From an uncultured bacterium (GTDB taxonomy: Bacteria > Fidelibacterota > UBA2242): a stretch of DNA of 64,000 nt. The DNA is taken from the NCBI GenBank assembly GCA_964589175.1, contig CAZPRY010000016.1, forward strand, positions 5,559 to 69,558, given 5' to 3'. How positions within the stretch are numbered: position 1 is the first letter of the stretch; the number at the start of each line of letters is the position of its first letter. The notes below the pieces were generated by a model that was not told the DNA's origin, did not search any database, and saw only the letters and a program-made list of their open reading frames with translations. A program made the position numbers and the translations under genes. This document shows, in pieces, positions 39,607 to 47,364 of this stretch.

Positions 39607-40655
39607 ACCAGTGACTGTTTCAGATGATTGACCATGTCATCCCGATCGGGATCACCGGACCGGAAAACCGTATAGAAATTAACGGGGATCGACACCCCCC
39701 TGAATTTATCAACGACTTCCGCCTGCGGCGAGTGGAGCGGGTATCCGCAGCGGAAGAACCGGTATTTCCGACGATTATTTTGAATTGCCCATTTCAGTAA
39801 ATCGGCAGCCGCATCGCGGTATCCGTCCTTAAAGGCCAGATGGCGGATTACCAGTTCCGATAAGGGTTGTCCCTCGGGCGGCACTAATCGCAGCGGACTC
39901 ATGATTTTTTTCAGAAATGCGAATTTGCCGCCGTAACGGCTTATGACCGTATTCTTAAATTGCGCCTGGTCCCAAAGACTGATGGCTGCCACGATGGTAT
40001 CATTGTGAATCGCCAGGCCGGTGTTGTCCAGGTTGAAATCTTTCTGGGTGTAAAGTGAAGCTAAATATTCAGCTGTCCAATTCGGTTTCAATTCATATCC
40101 GGCATAGAACTGCCGGTACAATTCGGCCATCTCCGGGATATCGGTCTGGGTGGCAAGGCGCAAACCGTACTTCTTCCCCGGCCGCAGCAAGGGGAGCGGA
40201 AAAATGTTTTTAACCCGATAATGACTTACCAGATCGAATGCGGGTATCCCGGCCCGGCCGGATAGCAAGGCTTCCATGGCATGATTCGCGCCAATAACCA
40301 GAATGAATCCGAGTTTGATTGGCGTATCCATCAGGTAATCCGTGACATGCTTCATCAGGCGAAATGCCAGCATTGTATTTTGGGATGGGTTCTCGATTTT
40401 TATACCGCCGATATAGGCAATCGAAATGGGATTTCCCTGGTATTCCACTGTTCGGAAAACGATGCCGACCGTGCCGATGATTCCGCCGTTCTTTTCCGCA
40501 ACAAAAACAACGAACTTATCTCCCATTAATTCATCCAGGTAGAAATAATCCGGGCTACGGTCGTTGTTCACGACCAGTTTCGCAGCCATCGGCGCCTGCC
40601 GGGATAAATCCAGAAGCGCCTGATTATCATCTTTTGTAGCAACCCGAATGAGCAT
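39582..40655 (-). CDS. Tandem GNAT-fold acyltransferase
   Basis: IRVATKDD and LRLATQTDI GNAT starts, FVAEKNGGIIG; overlaps the kinase gene. Confidence 0.75.
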   Translation of the reverse strand: MLIRVATKDDNQALLDLSRQAPMAAKLVVNNDRSPDYFYLDELMGDKFVVFVAEKNGGIIGTVGIVFRTVEYQGNPISIAYIGGIKIENPSQNTMLAFRLMKHVTDYLMDTPIKLGFILVIGANHAMEALLSGRAGIPAFDLVSHYRVKNIFPLPLLRPGKKYGLRLATQTDIPEMAELYRQFYAGYELKPNWTAEYLASLYTQKDFNLDNTGLAIHNDTIVAAISLWDQAQFKNTVISRYGGKFAFLKKIMSPLRLVPPEGQPLSELVIRHLAFKDGYRDAAADLLKWAIQNNRRKYRFFRCGYPLHSPQAEVVDKFRGVSIPVNFYTVFRSGDPDRDDMVNHLKQSLVWEDLSLH

Positions 40656-40842
40656 AAGCACCTGAGGTTTCTCTTTGTTGATTTTAGACCAGACAGAAAA
40701 AAGATGCAAGATTAAATGTACATGTTTTACGATTCAGGGCGACTTCGATACCAGGTTCGAGGCCTCTGTTTCCATCTTATAAAATGACGTCCGGAAAATG
40801 GAATCCTGCCGGGCAGGGAAAAGGCCGGCGGGCAGCGGCCGC

Positions 40843-40871
40843 TTGACAATGGAAAATGGATTGAGTAATAT
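40843..40871 (+). promoter_or_regulatory. Sigma-70-like promoter
   Basis: TTGACA-N17-TAATAT upstream of the AT-rich gene at 41049. Confidence 0.5.
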
Positions 40872-41048
40872 CCTAAGAAATGAAACCATAACCAGTCCTG
40901 TGAGAGGAACGATTACGGTGATAGATTGTAAAAATAATCAACTGTCAGGCAAAGGTTTTGAGAGAAAATCCTGACCGTAATGGGAAAGGTTATTGCACAT
41001 TTAACAGAATACACAATATCGAAGGTAAAATAAGTTGGCGGTAATGTT

Positions 41049-42065
41049 ATGACGACAGTAATACATATAGTGCTTGCCTTGATGTTATTCCTAATTCAAA
41101 ACTGGATAGGGAGTAAAGCATATTCAAAAGGATACATACGCTTTTCCTTGTTAGATGACAAAGACGAAGCATTATCTCTAAACTATGTGATTAAAGTATT
41201 CGGGCCTATTGTCTATCTAATTATCTGTGTAGCAATTTTTCAATATTTCAAATTGAATCATTTCATTGGCAACATCTTAAATGTAGTTTACTACTACTTA
41301 ATAATTCGTTTGACATTAATTTTCCTTTATGAAAGAGCAACAATTGTCAATTGGTTGCGCATTGCTTATTACTATGCCTCAATTATCATTATTTCAACAA
41401 TAATTTATAAGAACTTTATCAACTCCGTAGATAATCTTTTACCTGACTTCGTGCAGATCAAGAACGAAATATGGTTATTAATCATTATTTTCATTTACCA
41501 GATTGGCAATGGTTTTGAAGAAAAAGGTCCAAACAGTCATCTTACTGAAACTATAAATGCCTATTTACCAGAAATAAAAAAACGAAAACGAAAATACATA
41601 ATCAAAATGCTCGAAAAAATAAAACGACTATATGAAAAGACGATAAATGAACTCTCCAATAGCGACAATTCCTTTAACCTTATAATTTTCTCAATCCTGA
41701 TTTTTGAAAACTTCAACAGACCCAGAATAATTCGATGGCTTGAACGAATTTGGGTTAGAATCACAAAGGAAAATACTACTCAAGGAATAATGCAAACTTC
41801 ATCTGATAAGCCTATTTCAGACATTGATAGTGTAAAGTTGGGGACTAAATACTTATATGACAAGTATTCGGAATTAGGCAAAGATAAATACAAACACTAT
41901 CTTTTCAGGCGAATAATTAAAAAGCATTGCCCCGATAGGAAGTATATTCGTCAAATATTATTTATAGCAAAAGCAATTGTCGATAATCAGCAAAACAAAG
42001 ATAATTACTCTAACATCTTGGAAGAAATAAAATCAGAGTTTGGACTTTACGACTACTATGATTGA
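41049..42065 (+). CDS. AT-rich multi-TM membrane protein with possible lysozyme/SLT-like C-terminal domain
   Basis: About 5 TM segments, then SILIFENFNRP...TTQGIMQ; composition differs from the flanks. Confidence 0.7.
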   Translation: MTTVIHIVLALMLFLIQNWIGSKAYSKGYIRFSLLDDKDEALSLNYVIKVFGPIVYLIICVAIFQYFKLNHFIGNILNVVYYYLIIRLTLIFLYERATIVNWLRIAYYYASIIIISTIIYKNFINSVDNLLPDFVQIKNEIWLLIIIFIYQIGNGFEEKGPNSHLTETINAYLPEIKKRKRKYIIKMLEKIKRLYEKTINELSNSDNSFNLIIFSILIFENFNRPRIIRWLERIWVRITKENTTQGIMQTSSDKPISDIDSVKLGTKYLYDKYSELGKDKYKHYLFRRIIKKHCPDRKYIRQILFIAKAIVDNQQNKDNYSNILEEIKSEFGLYDYYD

Positions 42066-42169
42066 ACGTTCCTTCAGGTCCTCAGACCTAACATTATTTG
42101 AAAGCATGAGGATGAGTTTTTGTTTGGTATGAGCGCCTGACACAAGCACTAATACGCATTATGCCAAAA

Positions 42170-42241
42170 ATCCCGAAAGGATTACAGGTCGGTAGAAACG
42201 CGACGACCCGATACGGTTCCGTCCCGGACGGGCCGGGAGAT
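42170..42241. repeat. Partial copy of the REP-like element at 20170/20365
   Basis: ATCCCGAAAGGATTACAGGTCGGTAGAAACGCGACGACCCG...GTCCCGGACGGGCCGGGAGAT. Confidence 0.75.
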
Positions 42242-42328
42242 GCTATGGCGAAAGCGCTGGTAAGACGGCCTTCCGCGGCAAGAGCCGCGGGTTACGGTTG
42301 ACAATAAAAAATTGATGGAGGTGCAAGT

Positions 42329-42856
42329 ATGTCTAAAAACGCGCTTCTCAAATATTCCATAATGATCATTGTCATCGGTTCATTCTTTTCCATTTCCCGT
42401 TGCAGCCGGGGAAACGACGAATTGGAAAACGGGGTTTTCAACATATACCTGGTATTTAATTCGGAATTGACCGCACTGGAATTCGACCAGCTCCCGATCG
42501 AAAATATCAAGTTACCCAAAAATCCGGTTGCAACGGCGGAGGATATCGATACTTATAAAATATTTCAGGGCATCAGCAGTTTATCGTTGAGTCATTCCAT
42601 AATATTCAAATCCGAAATGAAGGAGCGCTTCGGAAGCGAGAATTGTCACTTTGTGGTGGTGGTGAACGGCCTGCGGATGTACAAAGGCGCCTATTGGGCC
42701 AATTTTATGGACACCATGGGCCCGGATGTTATGATTTATCCCTACCGGGACGATGAATTTCATATCACGTCAATTGAAGAGGGAACAGCTAAAATCAATG
42801 ATTCGAGAATCATCGATGCTTTGATCGAGGCCGGCATCAATGTGGTATACGTGTGA
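42329..42856 (+). CDS. Hypothetical exported protein (possible lipoprotein)
   Basis: GGAGG RBS; hydrophobic N-terminus ending ISRC. Confidence 0.7.
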   Translation: MSKNALLKYSIMIIVIGSFFSISRCSRGNDELENGVFNIYLVFNSELTALEFDQLPIENIKLPKNPVATAEDIDTYKIFQGISSLSLSHSIIFKSEMKERFGSENCHFVVVVNGLRMYKGAYWANFMDTMGPDVMIYPYRDDEFHITSIEEGTAKINDSRIIDALIEAGINVVYV

Positions 42857-42989
42857 AGGCCTGAAACATTATGAAGATCATCCGCCGGATTTATGCGCCT
42901 GACACAGTAAAAAATGGCGACTCTGTGTAGCTAACACTTCTCAATTACATCTAACCTTATGATCAATAACATAACAAAGGAGGTATCTC

Positions 42990-43706
42990 ATGGAATCCCA
43001 GAATGAAATGCAAAGTTTCCCGATGCCCCGGATTGGCGACAAGGCTCCTGAATTCAAGGCAGTCACTACCCAGGGTCCACTCGATTTCCCGGCTCAATTT
43101 GTCGGCCAATGGGTCATTCTCTTCAGTCATCCGGCCGACTTTACGCCGGTCTGTACTTCCGAATTTGTCACATTTGCCTCGATGGAGGACAAGCTAGCCG
43201 AAGCCAACTGTAAGCTGGTGGGTCTCTCGATCGACGGGCTTTACAGTCACATCGCCTGGCTGAGAACGATCAAGGAGAAAATCGAGTACCGGGGTATGAA
43301 AAATGTCGAGGTCAATTTTCCGCTGATCGAAGACATCACGATGGAGATTGCGAAGAAGTACGGCATGATTCAGCCGGGAGAGGCCACAACCAAAGCGGTC
43401 CGCGCCGTATTCTTTATCGATCCCAAGGGCATGATCCGGACGATTATTTACTACCCCCTGAGCCTGGGGCGTAACTTCGACGAAATTTACCGGGTGCTCT
43501 TAGCCCTGCAAACCGCCGACGCGTTTAATGTCGCTACGCCGGCGGATTGGCGTCCCGGTGACGATGTGATTATTTCACCGGCCGGTTCCTGCGGCGCCGC
43601 TAAAAGCCGCATGGAAGGCAAAGAAGACATGGTTTGCCAGGACTGGTTTTTCTGTACGAAGAAACTTGACAAAGATAAGGTTCTGAAAACGATTCTCAAA
43701 AAATAG
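42990..43706 (+). CDS. Peroxiredoxin (Prx6 group, CxDWFFC C-terminal type)
   Basis: FSHPADFTPVCTSEF, GRNFDEI, TPADW, CQDWFFC. Confidence 0.95.
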   Translation: MESQNEMQSFPMPRIGDKAPEFKAVTTQGPLDFPAQFVGQWVILFSHPADFTPVCTSEFVTFASMEDKLAEANCKLVGLSIDGLYSHIAWLRTIKEKIEYRGMKNVEVNFPLIEDITMEIAKKYGMIQPGEATTKAVRAVFFIDPKGMIRTIIYYPLSLGRNFDEIYRVLLALQTADAFNVATPADWRPGDDVIISPAGSCGAAKSRMEGKEDMVCQDWFFCTKKLDKDKVLKTILKK

Positions 43707-43741
43707 GCTTTTCACAGGTCTGTACTGAGACTTTCATTCTT

Positions 43742-43798
43742 GCGGCTCTTTGGTCTGCACGGCTCCCCGGCCGGCGGACCGAAGAGCCGCTGACTTTT
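43742..43798 (+). terminator. Long hairpin downstream of the peroxiredoxin gene
   Basis: GCGGCTCTTTGGTCTGC...GCGGACCGAAGAGCCGC followed by TGACTTTT. Confidence 0.5.
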
Positions 43799-43987
43799 GA
43801 TATTTCCTATCGGGGACAATAATACATCTTCAAAACCGAATTCGGGATAGATCAGAGATTCGGCTTGACTCTGATCCACTTTTTCCGTACGCTTCGCAAA
43901 GGCATAATTTTGCCTGAAAAACCTGTGGTAAAAGATTTTGATTACTTTACTCTTCGGATAGGAAACCGTTTAAAAAGGAGTCGCGTT

Positions 43988-44701
43988 ATGCAGCAAAAAC
44001 ATCGAATCGGAAGCGTATTATTGGTTTTGCTCTTACCCATAGTTCTGGCCTATCCCCAGATTGGTAATGGATCTTTCTCCGTCGGTCTGCACAGCAATCT
44101 GGCAATGCCGCAAACTCCCGGCGAATTCAAAGCTTCCTACCGATCGGGGCCCGGATTCGGAGCCGAGTTTCGTTACAATTTCAATGAAATGTGCGGCATC
44201 ATGATCGATTGTTCATACCGGAATCAGAATATCAAAACCAGCCAGGATACAATCCTGATGGAACTGATCGGCTTCCTCGAGTGGGACGGGGTCCGTTTCA
44301 AGGTCGAGGGCGGCAACCTGGTGACCAAGAGTGTTTCCACCAACCTGTTCCGCTATTTCTCCAAACCCGATGCTTTTCTGCGCTTCTACCTTACGGCCGG
44401 CTGCGGATTTTATGTACTCGACGCGAAAAGTCTGAAAGCCGGCGCTACCTATAACGGCGAACCGTTCATCGGTATCCAGTATTGGGGACCGGAACCGCTG
44501 GTCAAGATCGGATTAAGTGAGGGACTCGGAATTGAAAAGAAATTCAGCAAACGCTTCACGGCTTATCTTGAAACGAAATACAACTATATTTTCTCGGAGA
44601 GCCTGACGTATGAATTTATCTGGTCGCACGAAGGCGGTTCGGACCCGGACGCCCGGCTTTCATACCTTACTTTTCAGGGAGGTGTCAGGCTGAACTTCTG
44701 A
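43988..44701 (+). CDS. Outer membrane beta-barrel protein (OmpA-like 8-strand)
   Basis: Signal peptide, amphipathic beta strands, terminal GVRLNF; AGGAG before ATG 43988. Confidence 0.8.
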   Translation: MQQKHRIGSVLLVLLLPIVLAYPQIGNGSFSVGLHSNLAMPQTPGEFKASYRSGPGFGAEFRYNFNEMCGIMIDCSYRNQNIKTSQDTILMELIGFLEWDGVRFKVEGGNLVTKSVSTNLFRYFSKPDAFLRFYLTAGCGFYVLDAKSLKAGATYNGEPFIGIQYWGPEPLVKIGLSEGLGIEKKFSKRFTAYLETKYNYIFSESLTYEFIWSHEGGSDPDARLSYLTFQGGVRLNF

Positions 44702-44729
44702 TGGCGAATTGCTCTCGCGCGGTTTATTT

Positions 44730-45656
44730 TTAGCGATTCCTTATTAAAGCATAGACCTGCTCGGAAAGGGCTTTCATCTTCGGCAGAGCGTCATCTTCCC
44801 GTAACGGCATGAAGCAGGCGATAACGTAACGGCATTCGCCGTCATCTACGATCCCCACATCATTGGTCCAATAAGAGAACCAGCCGGTCTTATGATAAAA
44901 AACGGCATTGCCGGGCAGTCCGGCGGCAAGTTTGGAATTGTCGAGTTGATTACCGAGCAGAACTTTCAAATGCATGCTCACCCACGGGTTCACCATCTGA
45001 CGTGTCTCAATACGGTACATGAAATCAGCGGCATGCAGGGCGCAGGTTTCCGTGCCGCGAACTTCCGCATAATCAGAATCTTCGAATTTACGGCCCAGGA
45101 ATTTACGCGTGACCTCGCTGCCATACCAGCCGTAATCGTGCAGCATGGCATTGATGTTTTCACGCCTGGCCAGATCAATCAGGCAATTTGCGGCCGAATT
45201 ATCGCTGCGCGTGATCATCAAATCCAGAAGATACTGCACCGTCACGCTGTCGCCGTTGTGCAGCAAGGGGCGCGGATCGTGGCTTAGTTCACTGCTCCGG
45301 TCCACATCATTCGGCGCGCGGACAACGTACGGTTCGAAAAGTGAGTGTTTTGCTTCGGAAACCTGGTGCAGAACTTCCGCCGCAATGTACATTTTATAAA
45401 CTGAAGCCGGATAGATGAAATTATCGTAATTCACACCGCCCAGGCGCGGCTCGGATTTGTTCAGATCGATCACCACCAGTGAGATTTGTTCGATGCCATC
45501 TTCGCCGACATCGTAATCGCCATCCAGCCCCAGCTCAGCGACAATTTCATGGAGTTTGGCGGATAGGTTTTGATCCAATGTATAATATTCCGGAACGGTC
45601 ACCTCCTGCCCCCAAAGCATAGAAGTCAGTGTCATTATTCCCCATAGCCTCTTCAT
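44730..45656 (-). CDS. Serine hydrolase, class A beta-lactamase-like fold
   Basis: PASVYK (SxxK), SDN and HKTG motifs; signal peptide. Confidence 0.88.
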   Translation of the reverse strand: MKRLWGIMTLTSMLWGQEVTVPEYYTLDQNLSAKLHEIVAELGLDGDYDVGEDGIEQISLVVIDLNKSEPRLGGVNYDNFIYPASVYKMYIAAEVLHQVSEAKHSLFEPYVVRAPNDVDRSSELSHDPRPLLHNGDSVTVQYLLDLMITRSDNSAANCLIDLARRENINAMLHDYGWYGSEVTRKFLGRKFEDSDYAEVRGTETCALHAADFMYRIETRQMVNPWVSMHLKVLLGNQLDNSKLAAGLPGNAVFYHKTGWFSYWTNDVGIVDDGECRYVIACFMPLREDDALPKMKALSEQVYALIRNR

Positions 45657-45931
45657 ACCCAATCCTTTCCGCGAAAAATTCAAAGCGTGTGCCGGATTCA
45701 TCCACAAATTAATTCCAAACGACTTAATTTCTCCGGAATTTTCCGCTGAGGTGACGATTTCTCCCCCCCGACATAAATCCGTCTTTTAGATGGAATTTTC
45801 AGCCGGATGTGATAAATTATCCCGGACGGCCTGACAAGGAAAAGACAAAGTGTAAAGTTCAAAGGTGTATGTGATCTCGCAATCAGTGAAACGCTTTCGA
45901 TTGTCTACTTGAATTTATACGCGGAGCTGGC

Positions 45932-47362
45932 ATGAATCCGATATTGATTGGCTTGATTTTGTACCTGGCGGCGGTGCTCGTGATCGGTTTCCGGGCTGTT
46001 GAAAAGAACAAAACGCAATCAGACTTCATCGTCGCGAACCGCAAGCTGGGCGCTTGGCCGATTGCGCTTTCCGAAAGAGCCAGCGGCGAGTCGGCCTGGC
46101 TGCTGATCGGTCTACCTGGCGCGGCGCTGGCCGTTGGCTACCTCGAAATCTGGTCCGCCATCGGCTGCCTGCTGGGCATCATTTTCTCCTGGCTCTTCAT
46201 CGCTGCGCCGCTGCGGCGGCTGGCCGGCAAGTATAATGTGATCACGCTGCCCGACCTGATCGCCACTCATTTCGGCGGGCAGAACCTGTTTCTGCGCATC
46301 ATCGCTTCCCTGATCATCACCTTCTTCTTCATTCTGTACGTCGCCGCCCAATTCAACGGCGCCGGTAAGGTGCTGAATGTCACCTTCGGTATTTCGCATC
46401 TCTCCGGGATGATCATCGGAGCGGGCATCATTCTGCTCTACACGATCATGGGCGGCTTCCGCGCCGTGGTTTGGACAGATATGCTGCAAGCCCTGTTGAT
46501 GTTTTCTACGCTGGTCATCCTGCCGATCGTCGGCTTTATCGAAATCCAGTCCCTTGATCCCGCGGCTTTGCATCCTCTGAGCAATTCTTCCCTTTCGTGG
46601 ACCGGTGAAAAGACGGGTGTTTTTGCGGTCCTGGCGGTCATCGGCGGCTTGAGCTGGGGCTTCGGCTATACCGGCCAACCGCATCTGCTGGCGCGCTTTC
46701 TGGCGATTCGCGACGAGGGCGAAGTCCGGCGTGGACGCATCATCGCCTATAGCTGGGCGATTCCAGCTTTTTTCGGCGCGTTTTTCATGGGCATTGTCGG
46801 AGTCGTTCTTTACGGCTCACAGCATTTCAGCGACCCGGAGATGATCATGCCTTATATGGCCACCCACCTGCTCCCCGGCTGGTTCGCCGGCATCCTGATC
46901 TCGGGCGCGATCGCGGCCATGATGTCCACCGCCGACTCGCAGCTGCTGGTTACGACTTCCGCCCTGACGGAGGATATCTACCATAAAATCTATCGCCGGC
47001 AGACATCGCCCGAGCGGCTGCTCAGGCTTAGCCGGATCGCGACGATCGTCATCGGTATCATTGCCTTTGCAATGGCTTACAATTCGACGGAACTGGTCTT
47101 CTCGCTGGTTTCATATGCCTGGTCGGGATTGGGCGCCAGCTTTGGGCCGGTACTGCTGTGTATCCTGTACTGGAAAGGCCTTACCAAGGCCGGCGCGACT
47201 GCCGGAATGCTCACGGGCGCGCTGTCTACAATTCTCTGGAAAAATATCGCCGTCCTGCAGAATATCATTTCCGAACGGTTTGCGAGCTACGTTCTCGCCT
47301 TTGCGGTGATTGTTTTGGTGAGTTTACTGACACGCGCCCGGACAGTCCATTCAGCCGATTAA
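45932..47362 (+). CDS. putP: Sodium/proline symporter (SSS family)
   Basis: ALSERASGESAWLLIGLPG, GGFRAVVWTD, GYTGQPH, AAMMSTADSQLL, AWSGLGASFGP. Confidence 0.88.
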   Translation: MNPILIGLILYLAAVLVIGFRAVEKNKTQSDFIVANRKLGAWPIALSERASGESAWLLIGLPGAALAVGYLEIWSAIGCLLGIIFSWLFIAAPLRRLAGKYNVITLPDLIATHFGGQNLFLRIIASLIITFFFILYVAAQFNGAGKVLNVTFGISHLSGMIIGAGIILLYTIMGGFRAVVWTDMLQALLMFSTLVILPIVGFIEIQSLDPAALHPLSNSSLSWTGEKTGVFAVLAVIGGLSWGFGYTGQPHLLARFLAIRDEGEVRRGRIIAYSWAIPAFFGAFFMGIVGVVLYGSQHFSDPEMIMPYMATHLLPGWFAGILISGAIAAMMSTADSQLLVTTSALTEDIYHKIYRRQTSPERLLRLSRIATIVIGIIAFAMAYNSTELVFSLVSYAWSGLGASFGPVLLCILYWKGLTKAGATAGMLTGALSTILWKNIAVLQNIISERFASYVLAFAVIVLVSLLTRARTVHSAD

Positions 47363-47364
47363 AC

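Noticed and set aside
44730-45656. Antibiotic-resistance beta-lactamase
   Set aside because: SxxK/SDN/KTG motifs show the fold only; no recognisable class A omega-loop ExxLN motif, so it is called a generic serine hydrolase.
45660-45930. Riboswitch upstream of putP
   Set aside because: No recognisable aptamer consensus; likewise no tRNA or rRNA was recognised anywhere in the window.
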